Shown here in pieces: positions 10,909 to 23,316 of a DNA stretch of 64,000 nt. The DNA is taken from contig JAAILG010001088.1 in assembly GCA_012026655.1 (NCBI GenBank), positions 1 through 64,000 of the forward strand, written 5' to 3'. The stretch's first letter is position 1. Each line of letters opens with the position of its first letter. The position numbers and the translations under genes were made by a program. Under the pieces are notes generated by a model. The model worked only from the letters and a program-made list of their open reading frames with translations. It made no database searches and was not told the origin of the DNA. The stretch comes from Hydrolagus affinis (taxonomy: Eukaryota).

Positions 10909-13900
10909 GTGAGTACTCAATGCACAACGGCAACGCGCTAAGAACGCTTCTTCTTAAAAGCGGCATATTAAAAGTATTGGCTGAAATACGTTTAATGTGT
11001 TGATAGCTGGCAATCGAGTCTGTGAATTGCTAACCGAAGCTTGAGTTTAGTGGCTCTCCATCTATTAAGCTGATGTTTCTCATTATCTCACCATATTTCA
11101 TGCTCTGAATTTGGGTTAATTAAATTCCTATGTCAGAGAACTATCTGTGGAGATATTAATCGTGGTTTAATGCTGGAAAGGAGTGGACACATGATTGCAT
11201 TAAGTACACAGTCCTGTGGTTCTCACAGATCAATGAGTGCATGGCTGCTAGAATCTCCTTTTTAAATAAATATTTAGTAGCAATTTAATGGGAGACACTG
11301 TTTTATCGGAGGAAACTTTCTACCCTATCAGTCTGAGCCAGATTCAAACCCAGGTCACAGAGGGGAGTGTGTATCACTGCACCACCTATTGCCCCCTCTC
11401 TCACTGTACGCATATCTTTCAGTCTTTGCTCAGGCTTTTACTGAGAGTTTTAACAATTGACTCCTTTACTTTTGAAGCCCTGCGATATCGGTCTGGACGA
11501 TCTGTCATCAATGGCAACTGGGCCATCGATCGTCCTGGCAAATATGAAGGAGGAGGCACCATGTTCACCTACAGAAGACCCAACGAGATCAGGAGCACTG
11601 CTGGAGAATCCTTTTCTGCCGAGGGACCAACAAACGAAGCCCTGGATGTTTTTGTACGATTTACTTTGACTTTTCTAGCATATGTGTTACTCGACGTTAC
11701 TGCCGTTCTCCAAACACAGAAAGCAATCAACGAACGAGACTATAGAACAAGTTCTAGAATGTAACAGTCAGCAAGTGCAGTTATACAGAGCGTTGGTCAT
11801 TTGGAGTATTGTGGTGATATACTTGCAGCCTTGAAGCGTGATCAGTAATGATTCACCAGATTAATGCCTAGGATGGAGGGGTTTAGTTGTCATAAGAGAT
11901 TTATATTCCTTAGATTTGAGGAGATTAAGGGGTGATTTGGCTGAGATATTCAAAATAATGAAGGAGAATTGACAGGCTAGATCTTGAGGACTCTTTGTCT
12001 AAAAATGTTCCTATCAAACCAACATGGGAAAGAAAACACTTACCTTTTGTGTTTCTTTTCACAGATGATCTATCAACAATCCAATCCTGGTGTTCAATAT
12101 GAGTACATCCTTCCCAATGTTAATGTGGTCAGCCCTTTGCTACCTCCCAGCATAAGACCTGGTAAGACTGAAACCTTCCAGCATCTACCGTGATCAGTGA
12201 GGCATCACGGAGCTTCTTTCACTTGTGTGAAAAACTCATTCCTCTTAAAGTGATGGGTGAGTGAAGCAGGAGATTCCTGCTGCCAATGGAAGAACCTCAA
12301 TAATAATCACTGTATCTAATATTTATCTGGACTTAGGTATTCAAATGGTCAGTAACCCAATCAATGGAAATGTGTGGAAATTGAAAGAGGGGATTCAAAC
12401 TCTTAGCCACTGCTCAAACTTAGCAGGTCTAACTGGTGGAGCCGTCACTCAGTGGGAAGGGACATGTGTCCGAGTTGTGGGCAGGAAGATGGCTCTCATG
12501 CATTTCGCAAGCTATGTTGCCCACCAGGAACCTTGCAAGGACCTTGATCTAACAAACCAATATCCGATAAACCGATAGCACAGGCTTGATGTACTGAATG
12601 GGCACACAGATCTTTTTCACAGAGTGTTGGCTAAGTAAATTGTTTGTCTCTTTGGCTTCTCCCATGTCTGTGGCCATGAAATCCCAGTTTTTCTAGGAAA
12701 TCATATGGCTGCACGTAATGACAGCAAGGACAGATTGCATCAATTTATTTTGATTGGCATTATGTCATTGTGAGCCTCCATAGCAAACAAAATGAGAACA
12801 ACATGTTAATGATAGTTTGTTTTCTTGGGATCCCCAAGTGACACTAAGACTCATATGGTTTATGTGAAGAAAAACACCAGAACAGGATTAAAGGGTTGAT
12901 TAGCCTGGCTCTGCTATAAATTCTGTGAGACCCGCAGGAAGGTCCCAGATCAGCACTTAATTTTCTCCATTGGTCTGATGGTAGAGCCTTGAGTTTGCTT
13001 CCATAGCCCTGGGCTAAGCATGGAAAAAAAACAGTTTGAGTTCTCCCTTTGTTTACTGTCCAGTAAACGCTTATGGAGAGTGCAGGCTGGTGGCACTGGG
13101 TGAGGGTTGCTGCCTTGGGAGATGATGGAAGCAGAAAGTGTTGATTCTTTCGAGGAAAAAATGAGACAGATTTCAGTTAGGAAATAATATCTCGGGTTAC
13201 AGGATACAGTATGGGACATGACATGAGCAGGAGAGTGCTGGGAAGCGAAACAAGATGGACCTTGGTCTTTTGTCTAGCAGTTCTTACGTGCTTATGTGTT
13301 CTTATGAAATATCTTGGTCAGCTAGGCTAATCACACACTTCAGTCAGTCTATTCCATGAGCCAATATGGTTGTGTTGGTCATGGAATTTTATTAAGAGTT
13401 TTCACATGTTGCCAACCGGTGATTACACAGCAGCGTTTCCCTCAGGTGAAGGCAGCCTGGTCTGTTGCAGGCATATCCTACTTGTGAATTCCAGCAGGGA
13501 ATTATGATTGAAAGCCATTTAAGAACCTGCATTTCATGTGCATTTCACTTGATGTTTCAGGCCAACCTAAAAAGGAACATTTGAGGAGGGAGTTAAAACA
13601 GGTTCCGTGGCTCGCTGCAGTTGATGGATAATATTTTAGTTTGGTGGCTCCTGTTAAAAATGGAAACAACCTTCATTGCTGCCTGGAGCGTATTTTGGAT
13701 GAAATTCAGAACAAACTAACTTGGCGTATCTCATTACCTACATACCCTGCGTCTTACATGTGGAGGTTAATGTCAGTTACTGTGTTGATTAGATTCTTTA
13801 CTTTGTGTTTTATTCCAAGGAGAACCATTGAACGGCCAATTGGATGTCACTGAGAACTATCCCGGTTATGAGAATGGACGTTTCCAGCCAGGACAACCGC

Positions 13901-16900
13901 CTCCCCCGGAGCGAGGTCATCAACCAACTCGCCGGGAGTACAACTGGAAACAGGTTGGGGCTACGGAATGTTCGGCAACTTGCGGCAGAGGTAACGAACA
14001 TCAACTCACTTGGGCAGCACCTTTCACTTAAGATGAACGCCTCGGAAAGCTTCACTGAAGCGATCGAGATCAACGGGCAGAAAGGACTGAGTAGAAACTA
14101 GGTGGTGTTGGCCCAAACCACAGTAAAAGATGTGTTTTAAATGGAAAGGAACGTACAAGATGAAAGGATATTGAGGGCGTGGGGGATCTTGTAGCTACAA
14201 AATGCGGTCACTGATAGTGGGAATGTGATTGGGAGGAATGAGTGAACCAAAGTTGGAAGCACAGTGACTGTGGGCAGGAGAGTAAGACTAAAGGGGATTA
14301 AGCTTTGATATAAGGCCTTATCACATCAAAACATCTTCTCTTGCAAAGAATATACAGTAAAAGCCACACACACACAAAAAAATACATTGTGCCGGATAAA
14401 TTCCGGTTAATCGAATGGGGACCCTTTTTTTGAGGTACCGGTTATACTGAAGATTGGGTCACGGATAAACAGGCTTTTACTGTATTTTGTCTTGTGTAGT
14501 GGTTATGGATTGGTACTCAAAGGCAGCAAATAATATGTGCAAAGCAATGTCCTACAATAAGCCATGAAGTAAATGTCTGTTTATTAAAAACAATTGTTAT
14601 TCTCTACAACATTGGGAGAAATCCCTGTCTCTCTTCAAATAGGATCTTTAACGTCCACCTGACAGGTAGAAGGGACTTCAGTTAAACAAATCATCTGAAG
14701 GATGACACCTCCGACAATGTAGCATTCCCCCAAACACTGCAATAAAGTGTCATTTGTCAGCTCAGTGTCCCGATGTGGGGCTTGAACCAATATATAGAAT
14801 ATTTTTATATTGAATTCATTGAGACAGATGGGAGTGGAACCAAGAGGGAACCACTTTGGTGGTCGACTAAGAGAAAAGTTGAAGGAGAATGAGAAGGTTA
14901 AAAGCATTAAAGGGAGTAGAGAGACTGTGGGAATACAAGTACTGTAAATCACACACTGTGAGATACAAGGAAGTAAAGCCTAGACTGATTTGAAAAACCT
15001 GGATCACGGATTCTAATACTCCTTCACCAGATCATGACTTAAAATTTACGTTAAACATTTTTTAAAGTTGCAGCTGCAGGATTAAAAAAATTTATATACA
15101 CACACACCAGCATGCTAGGTTAAAAAAAATGATTGCACCAAATCAGCAGGAGTGAAATGCAATTCTCCACTAGTCTGAGAGGCATTCAGCCGCAAAGCAA
15201 TGTATATTTTTTGGGAACGTCTGGTTTATATAAGTCTGTTTGGTACTTACTGCTGGTTCTCACTGCTGTTTCAGGCTCCCGTTACACAATCTTTCGCTGT
15301 GTGAACAGAAACAGCCACCAGGAGGTTTCAGACAGTCTGTGTGACATTAATATGAAGCCAAGCTCCGAACAGGAGGCCTGTAACACCAACTCCTGTCCAG
15401 CCTTGTAAGAAAACCAACTTGTGATTTTTTGTTTCCATACTTTTCTCCCTCTTCCTTGTGTGTCTGTCCTCTACGACATGTCTAATTGTCAGTTTGGTTC
15501 TCTCTCTCTCTCTCTCTGCCGATAGTTGGGATATTGGTGAATGGTCAGAGTGCAGTAAAACCTGCGGCCTGGGGATGCAGCACCGGCAGATTCTTTGCCG
15601 ACAGGTCTATGCAAACCGCACCACAGCCGTGCAGCCACAGCGCTGCCAATACCTGGAAAAACCAGAGACCACCACCACCTGCCAACTGAAGATCTGCAGC
15701 GAGTGGCAGATTCGGACAGAATGGAGCTCAGTAAGTGTCTCCAGAGATAAGAACGATAATTACACAGGAGAAGTTCGGGTGAAGCGGAGCCTTTGCCCAT
15801 TTCATCTCATCCTTTCCACAATACCCACCTTCCTCTTTTCTCGTCACATCATCAAGCTATTTCTTAAATGTGTCCAGCGTCCTGTCCTCAGCCACCCTTG
15901 CTGATAACCCATTTCATTCTAAAAAGAAATACTTACCGGTGACTCCAAAATGATCCTTTACAACCCTGACCCTCTTTAAACCATTGGTTCTGGGTTTATG
16001 TTCTCAGTCATGTTTAGAAACAAACTGTAAAGTACCTCTAAAGTCCCCTCAAAGCCATCACTTGTCAAGATCGATGAACGTATCTAATTGTTCTCAGAGT
16101 CTAATGTGAATTGATTTGACAATAGAACGAGGCAACCTTTGTCTTGTTTATTGCCTGCTCAACGCTGTTTGACATGATAACCAACAATGAGTAACTTAAA
16201 CACCCCTAGGTCTCGTTTAGCTCCTTGAAAAATGCTAGCCCATCCATGGAGTACATTGTGCCTCCTATTCTCCTATGTGTAATACAGTACCTTGTATTAT
16301 CTGTGTTGAATTCACTGCCAGTGGTCGACTGACGATTGTATCCTCTTTGTGAGTATCAAGCTCTCTTTGTAAGAGGTTGGCTGTCTCTTATTCCAGTTAC
16401 TCTGTAACTCTGTGCAAGGCAATTAAATTGTCAGGTAATACAGAGTCTGTGAATCCAGTCATTAATTGTGCTGGGATGCTAATAGATCACACTTTGCGTT
16501 GGTCAGCCGCAGGGAGCATTGATTATTTATGCTTCTTCATCGGAGAGGGACCTAAAAATAAATCTGAACCTGACAAGCAAAATGCTTTTAGAAGGCATTC
16601 TTGCGGCAAGGATTCACTGGAGATTGAAACAAAGTTGATGCCAAGTCGGCATGGGGAGCGGGGGGGTGGGGGGGTGGCAAATCTGACTCGGTGGGATTTG
16701 GAGAGTTATTCAGCCCCAAATCTGTTAATAAAAGACGAGACATTCTGCCCTTTGATAATTACTACATCACACACTGCAAACCTTCCCCCCCACACCCTCC
16801 CGTCACCCCTACATGTGCAGACACCGAGCAATGCACATAGCTTTCTGCTCAGAACACTGGGCAAAAGGAGCGCAGAAGCAATTCTAAACCTGGAGACACC

Positions 16901-19900
16901 GGTTGCAATTGGAACAGCTGCTTAAAAGGCACATGCCTGATACCAAATAAACTGCTGGAGGTTTGTTATTCTTCTGGTCTTTAAATTTTGCTTCCCAGGT
17001 TTTGCGACGAGTGAGGATTGGCATGTGATGCTTGCAATGCCAGGCGGTGACAGCTGAATAGAGAATGTTTCAGTACAGTCCAGCTCTGTTTCCCTGAGAA
17101 GCATAGCCAGTGATGCCTCAGACCTTTGTTTTGTTGTTTTTGCAAATTTGCTCTTTTCCTTGCTCATTTCTTGATGGTGTACGTACATTTCTAGATGCCC
17201 TCCACTCCTCAAATTCCTCCACTCCTCTGCACACCTCCTACCTCTCCAACCTCCTCTCTCCTCAAACCAGCACCCGTTGCCTTCGCTCCACCGGGTCTTT
17301 CCTCCTTCTTGTTGCTGATGGTGAAGCGGAAGATTTGGGGGACAGCCACTATGCCCCGAGGCTCTGGAACTCCCTTGCTCACTCCCATTGCCTCTCCCCC
17401 TGTCTTCCCAGTTTCAAGTCTCAGCTAAAGACCTTTCTCTTTGACCGCGCCTTTGGTCACCTTTCTCTCCCTGCCCTTGGTTAGTCCCCGGGATCCATTA
17501 TTTTGAAGCGCTCTGAGACGTCGTCCGGTGTGGAGGGCGCTAATATAAATTGAAGTTGTTGTTGTTGTTGCCCTGTGGTTTTTGGTACCTCACTGAAACT
17601 GACCATTGCTCGTGTGTGAGTGGCTGCCGGGGGCATCTAATCCAAATGCGAGCCTTGCCTGAGGTCCATACGTGTACCTTCAAATAGTGGGTCTCTGAAT
17701 TTGGAGCAGGGACCCTGGGTCTCGTAGCCTCAAGCTGCCAGCCTTCTGGTCTGTATAACTTATTGCTGAGACGCGTGACAGATCATGAAATCATTTTCAT
17801 ATTTCTTTCTCATTTCTGCAAAATCTGGGACAAAACTAGTTTCAATCACACTGCCCAACAGATGCTGACGCGATAAGCCCATTGAATGGAACAATCGTTG
17901 AATTGTTTCCCACCTGATTTATTTCATCTCATAGTGCTCGGTACCTTGCGGAGTTGGCCAGAGAAGCAGAGACGTGAAGTGCGTGAGCAATCTGGGCGAT
18001 ATTGTGGAAGATGAAGAGTGCAACATGAAACTAAGGCCCAATGACTTTGAAAATTGTGACATGGGCACGTGTGCTAAGAGCTGGTTCTTCAGTGACTGGA
18101 GTGACCGGGTAAGGATACTCTTTACAGTCAATGTGGGCTATTGTTGAGCTGTGAATTCATACAGTGATTTTTGAATGATAATTATTTTTGAGTGCCAGCA
18201 CATCAATTAAAGTCCATTTGCAGACATAAAACAGATGTGAAGAATGGAAAAAATTGAAGTCGCAAATCATTTTAATGTCAGTCTGGCTTTTAAAAACTGT
18301 TGCGGAGAGATTCCACCTGGGACTGAATTTTGCACTATTTATATAGCATTTTAAGAGTGTCCAGAACTTGGCAAATTGTAGAATTCAGGTTTAACTTTGA
18401 AGCTGTTTTTTTTTCTCTACTGAAATTGTCTTCAGTTTCTCTGAACGCCAACCTGCCCGAACCACGGTCACTTGATTCGTTGAGCTCAACAGCCTGTGGC
18501 AGGTCTTAAGCGATTTTTCAGTGCCACATCACTGCCCATGCAGTGACTGTTCCTCGGGGAAGCAATTTTGTATGCTGAGCTGCACACGCATATTACTGCC
18601 CCGGCATAGAAACGATCTCTTGTCAGGAATGAGAATAAGGAATAAATAAAAAGCTCACTATTGGGATTGCTATTGCAACAACACTTCATCAGTCCCGTAG
18701 TGCAGCGGCTAGCACTCTCGCCTCGCAAGCGAGAGGACACGGGTTTGATTCCCAGGTGAGGCGAAACCTGAGCCAAGTTTCCTTTCTCCACACGCCTCTG
18801 TTTGCCTAGCAGTAAGTAGGAACCTGGTTGTTAGTTGATTGATGGATCACTTTCCGGGATAAGAATTCCTAAAAAAAAAAAAAAAAAATAGTCACTCAAT
18901 CCACGGCTGTTTGTGGGACACTGCTGTGCACTGTTGGCTGGTGCTTGTCGTCCAAAACAAATACAGTCAATACACTTTACAATCTATTCCGTGAAACTCT
19001 TTGGGATGTCTCAATGACTTGATAAGGTACTACATTAAATGCACTGAATATTGTTATCACTAGGATAAAGCTAATCTATTTCATTACAGTCTTTACTCAG
19101 TGCACGTTCCTTATTAGTAGGCGAACAATCCAACACTCGGTGCCTTCACTGCTCTGCTGATGTTCTATAGAAATCTATGATGCAGATTGTATTAGTCATT
19201 GTATACCCATTGTATTAGTCATTGTGCTTGCACTTCCAGTTAAGCCATCCATCCTTGTTCAACTAGTAACAGGATTAAAGGGAATTGGGTTATCCTTGAA
19301 TTTAATATAGTGATATTTCCTGTCGAGGGATGTCTTGAAGTGCTTTATAGTATTTTACTGTATTTACTGTAAATACAGTAAAATACTGCATTTACTGTAA
19401 ATGCAATAAAATACAGTATTTTACTGTAAAGTGAGGTGGGACAAACTTTCAAAACAAAGGTCATCTGACGCAAAATGTTAACATTTTCGACACAAATCGA
19501 ATGTTTGCAGGTGAGTTTAACAAGTGCGTTTCAATGACTTGAGTCTTTGTGTTGTTTCAGTGTTCAGCAGAATGTGGAGAAGGAGTAAGAACCAGGAATA
19601 TCATCTGTCTGACCAATCACATCAGCAGTCTGCCATTGGAAGGTTGTGGGAATGAGCGCCCAGCGGACACGCAGACCTGTGTCTCTGCCTCGTGTTACAG
19701 TCACACGGAGTGGTACACAGGACGATGGAGCCAGGTGAGCACAGTATCCAAAGTGCTGAGTTTGTTCCTCGAACTGGCTCTCGTTTTAATGAGAAGGGTT
19801 AATTGCTGGGATGCAGGACACTCGTTGGCTCCTGGTACAAAGATCATGTGCTGGGACAGATTCGTTAGATCCTCACGTGAGCAAATTCTAGTTTGACAGG

Positions 19901-22900
19901 AGGAAACCGCTTTGTGATATAAATGGGACTTTTATCTGCTTTTGATTAATCTATTCTCCCCAGATCCCTAGTCATTCTCCAGCTCCTATTTGAAGGATTC
20001 TGCTGATCCAGCCTCATGAACTACATGTGGTGAATGAAATCCACACCCCAATTCCAAGTCTATGCCCCCTACCCGATTCTCTAAGATAACAGGGAATAGT
20101 TTTCTCTATTTACATTGTTGTGCCCCATCGGAATTCAAAACATCTCTTTCCAATGGGAAAAACACCAATTTTGCTCCAACCAATATATATTATAGGATTG
20201 TTCAGCTTCCATTTTGGCAAGCTTTATTTGTCACATCCATGGAGTACTTGGGCTCCTATCTATACTTCCTATATGCATTACTTCAATACTTCTGAGAACA
20301 CCCATCTCTTTGTCTATTGTATCACAGAATCTTTTATCATTCCACAGGAACAGGACCTCAGTTAAAATGTCTCATCCGACTTCTGGCAATGCTTCCCCAT
20401 TAATGCACTGGATTATTAGCCTGGATTGTTAGTTTGAGTCCCAGATGTGTGGCTGAACTGGTTCCCTATTTCAAACAATGGCGTACTTCTTGGTTTTCTA
20501 TCAAGAGGCATTCTGACCTAGAGGAGAGAATGACACCTGGTGGGATTACATGAAACAGTATACAGGTGCTATGCTATGTTACTGATCTCAGCCAAAGCTA
20601 CAATTAGTCTCACTGTCCCAAGGTTATGGAGGGGAGGGGGATAATATTTGTACAATTTAGCGTTGCTCACTAACTTTTTTCTGAGAGCAAGGAAATTTTC
20701 ATTTGTTTGGAATGGAGACTCTCTCCGGAGGGATGTACTCTGATCACCTAATCCCGGAAAGTAATAGGTGCAAGTGGACTCGATAGTGTGCATTTAGGGC
20801 ACTGCTGGAGTTTAACCAGCTAACAGCATGGAGCTTGCCATTGCTAGGAATGATTGGCAAGCTTCCCACAGCTTGTCTAATTATTTTACCATTTGGGGCT
20901 GTGGTTTGCTGGATTATCAGCAGACGACCGGGAAGAATGCCTTCCTCTCATTGACTGATTTGCTGCTCCCAAGTCCTGCTGACAATCCAGGCTGGCTGGC
21001 TGTTCAACAGAGTCTCGGAGTGCTGGAGACCTGCCTGGCTCAGGGATCGGTCTATTGAGACCACCACAGAGGATTGATTTGATTCTGATATTCAGTTTGT
21101 CAGACATCGAGCAATACTGCATGTTTATTGGGACTTTCTGAATGTGGTGTTTATATGAATGTTCACTCAAGAGCTTGAGTTATGCTCCCTTCAGTGCTGC
21201 TTTTAGCAAAGGATTTATTACCTGAATTTACAACTTCTCATTTACTCTTCAGTACATTTTGGCAATTTTGTGCTCTTTCAGGAGGTGAAAAATGCAAGCT
21301 TTTTCATAGCAGATGTTGTCAACCATTTGTATTTTTTTTTAAAAACAAACAAACCCCAAATTAGATTTCCGTGTCCTTGAAACAAAAATTCCCAATGTTT
21401 TGTAGGTTTAAATTTTCACCAAAGCTTTTAGTTTAGAAAATGACTATTTAAAATGTCTTGTTCACTGTCTGGTTATAGTGCTCTGCTGAATGTGGCAGAG
21501 GAACTGAGCATCGGGATGTGACCTGCATCAGGAAAACGGAAGGGAGATTTACTGCAGTGGATTCCTTTGAATGCGCTTCTCAAGACAGGCCTCCCTCTCG
21601 GCAATTGTGCTTCCTCAAGGCATGTGGCACAAAATGGTTTTATACTGAATGGAGCACAGTGAGTATTGAATCCAGTCAATCCTCTCCTAGTGTGTGATAA
21701 TCAAATAATAAAGTATTGCCATTCTCATAAGTCCAGTGAGTGGTATGGTAAAAATATCAACACAGTCAAGAAAAGCCCATTTGCCATTGAAAAGAATTAT
21801 GAATTGCATTAGCTTTATATTTTTTTGGTCAATTTTTTTCTCAAACTGGCAAGAGTTGATAGGCTTGACTGTCTGAGGAATTGTTAGAGCTGTTAATCCA
21901 GTGTGTCTCACCATTCCTGTTCGTGAATGGCAACCGTACAGCAGAATGTACCATTAAAGTGATCTGAAATTTACTATTGATTTCGTCCAAAAACGTTACT
22001 TTACAATTTAAGAGGAAGTATAATTTTGTTTATTTTAATTCAGCCTTAATTTAAATCCAATTCCAGTACTCTTGCTGCCTTTAATTTGATGATTACTGTA
22101 CTTTTTTTTTTCCACCTTCCCTTTATAGGGTTTGTTGTGATGTATTTTACTGGTTCCATTCCTACTTGCCCAATACCATCACCACATCTCCTCCAATGGC
22201 TTCTCAATCCTACCGCCCCATTAACACCAATGGCGCTATCAAGGGCTCCATCCTATTCCTTTCCTATTCCTGTGCCATACTGAAGCATCAGGGGACTGAC
22301 ACTTGTAAAATCAGCTAACACCTTCTTTATTTGCTTCAGTGTTCCAAGTCTTGTGAAGGAGGGTTCAGAGTGCGTGAAGTGCGTTGTCTGACAGATGATA
22401 TGATTCCTAGGGACAATTGTGACCACAATCAGAAACCAGAGGAGCATCAGAGCTGCAACAATGAGCCCTGTGTCCCAGAAATAGGTATGTAACCAATCTC
22501 AAACATTCACAGCTTCCTGGGAGATAGAAATGGAACACAGCTGTGACTACAAATGTTGCATGGTATCCCTACCTGTTTCTTCCACTGTGGTATGCAAAGT
22601 TTCACAGACTACTGGAATTCTCTGTATTATTCGCTTCTAAAATGCAGCTACTTTTTTTTATTCGTGATTAATGGAAAAGGGAAATTATTTTGAAGAATCT
22701 GACTTCGCTTGTGCCTGTCATGCTAATGAATACAGAGGTAGTGAATGACTATTACCGGTGAAATCCCTTGAAGGGACAAATGAGAATACAGAGCTAGATG
22801 ACTGCTATTATAGACAATTCAGCTGGTTCTCCTATGCGGGTTATCAGAAACCGTTGCAAATTTATGATTTGTTCCACTTCCATTTATTTGGTCTCCCTTG

Positions 22901-23316
22901 TTCCACACAGTCTGACCAGGGGACAGATTTGCCTCCAGCCTCTTCCACTGTTGCTGTGAAAGTAATTGCTCACAGTTGTATGAGAATGTGTGTGTGTGCG
23001 TGTGTGCATGTGGGGGGGGGAGTTACACTGTCAAATTGGCTCAGTCAGGTGGCACTGTGGCTGTGTGAGGATACAAACTTGGAAACGGAGGGAAAAGAAA
23101 GAACACAAGACTTTTGTTTTTTGCGTTGATTTTGATTTTGACCGTTATTTAAACAATGGATTTCTTTTTCCAGACGAGAACTGCAAAGATAAATACTACA
23201 ACTGCAATGTGGTGGTTCAGGCCCGGCTCTGCGTGTACTCTTACTACAAGACGGTTTGCTGTGCTTCCTGTACCAGAGGGGCACGAAGATCGCCAGGGTT
23301 TGTGGGTCACAGATAA
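10704..23316 (+). CDS. THSD4: THSD4 / ADAMTSL6 (thrombospondin type-1 domain-containing 4), 3' 11 coding exons; 5' exons of the long isoform lie upstream of the window
   Basis: Hand-spliced exons total 1800 nt with matching phases and GT-AG introns. The product runs [18 protein letters not shown]...[21 protein letters not shown]...[21 protein letters not shown]...[33 protein letters not shown]...GFVGHR*, near-identical in motifs to vertebrate THSD4 as I recall it. Confidence 0.96.
11478..11653 (+). CDS. THSD4: THSD4 exon (ADAMTS spacer), 176 bp, phase 1-0
   Basis: tttgaag|CCCTGCGA...GATGTTTTT|gtacga; [59 protein letters not shown]. Confidence 0.94.
12065..12161 (+). CDS. THSD4: THSD4 exon (end of spacer), 97 bp, phase 0-1
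   Basis: cacag|ATGATCTAT...AGACCTG|gtaaga; [32 protein letters not shown]. Confidence 0.94.
13820..13990 (+). CDS. THSD4: THSD4 exon (Pro-rich linker and start of TSP1), 171 bp, phase 1-1
   Basis: ttccaag|GAGAACCA...GGCAGAG|gtaacg; [57 protein letters not shown]. Confidence 0.92.
14355..14482. mobile_element. Tc1/mariner (Tigger/pogo-like) MITE
   Basis: TA|CAGTAAAAGCC...GGCTTTTACTG|TA: 11-bp perfect TIR with TA target duplication. Confidence 0.75.
14590..14790 (-). mobile_element. Old DeuSINE fragment
   Basis: GGATCTTTAACGTCCACCTGA...CATCTGAAGGATGACACCTCCGACAATG is the reverse complement of the Deu core. Confidence 0.7.
15275..15404 (+). CDS. THSD4: THSD4 exon (TSP1), 130 bp, phase 1-2
   Basis: tttcag|GCTCCCGT...GCCTT|gtaaga; [43 protein letters not shown]. 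Confidence 0.94.
15526..15730 (+). CDS. THSD4: THSD4 exon (TSP1), 205 bp, phase 2-0
   Basis: (tc)n...gatag|TTGGGAT...AGCTCA|gtaagt; [69 protein letters not shown]. Confidence 0.95.
17196..17570 (+). mobile_element. L2-clade LINE 3' end (same family as 51955)
   Basis: [23 protein letters not shown]; tail GAAGCGCTCTGAGACGTCGTCCGGTGTGGAGGGCGCT...(GTT)n. Confidence 0.9.
17935..18108 (+). CDS. THSD4: THSD4 exon (TSP1), 174 bp, phase 0-0; absent from the ORF track
   Basis: catag|TGCTCGGTA...GACCGG|gtaagg; [58 protein letters not shown]. Confidence 0.95.
18691..19054 (+). mobile_element. tRNA-derived SINE, longer subfamily with an extra central segment
   Basis: Same head and tail plus GCCTCTGTTTGCCTAGCAGTAAGTAGGAACCTGGTTGTTAG, also seen near 46760-46800 (-) and 57950-57990 (+). 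Confidence 0.85.
19103..19142 (-). pseudogene. 40-bp degenerate fragment of nuclear 28S rRNA
   Basis: CACGTTCCTTATTAGTAGGCGAACAATCCAACACTCGGTG versus the recalled reverse complement of 28S, CACGTTCCCTATTAGTGGGTGAACAATCCAACGCTTGGTG: 35/40 identical, no gaps. Confidence 0.75.
19561..19734 (+). CDS. THSD4: THSD4 exon (TSP1), 174 bp, phase 0-0
   Basis: tttcag|TGTTCAGCA...AGCCAG|gtgagc; [58 protein letters not shown]. Confidence 0.95.
21479..21658 (+). CDS. THSD4: THSD4 exon (TSP1), 180 bp, phase 0-0; absent from the ORF track
   Basis: ttatag|TGCTCTGCT...AGCACA|gtgagt; [60 protein letters not shown]. Confidence 0.95.
22340..22484 (+). CDS. THSD4: THSD4 exon (last TSP1), 145 bp, phase 0-1; absent from the ORF track
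   Basis: cttcag|TGTTCCAAG...GAAATAG|gtatgt; [48 protein letters not shown]. Confidence 0.95.
23174..23316 (+). CDS. THSD4: THSD4 last coding exon (PLAC domain and stop)
   Basis: ttccag|ACGAGAAC...AGATAA; [47 protein letters not shown]. Confidence 0.96.
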
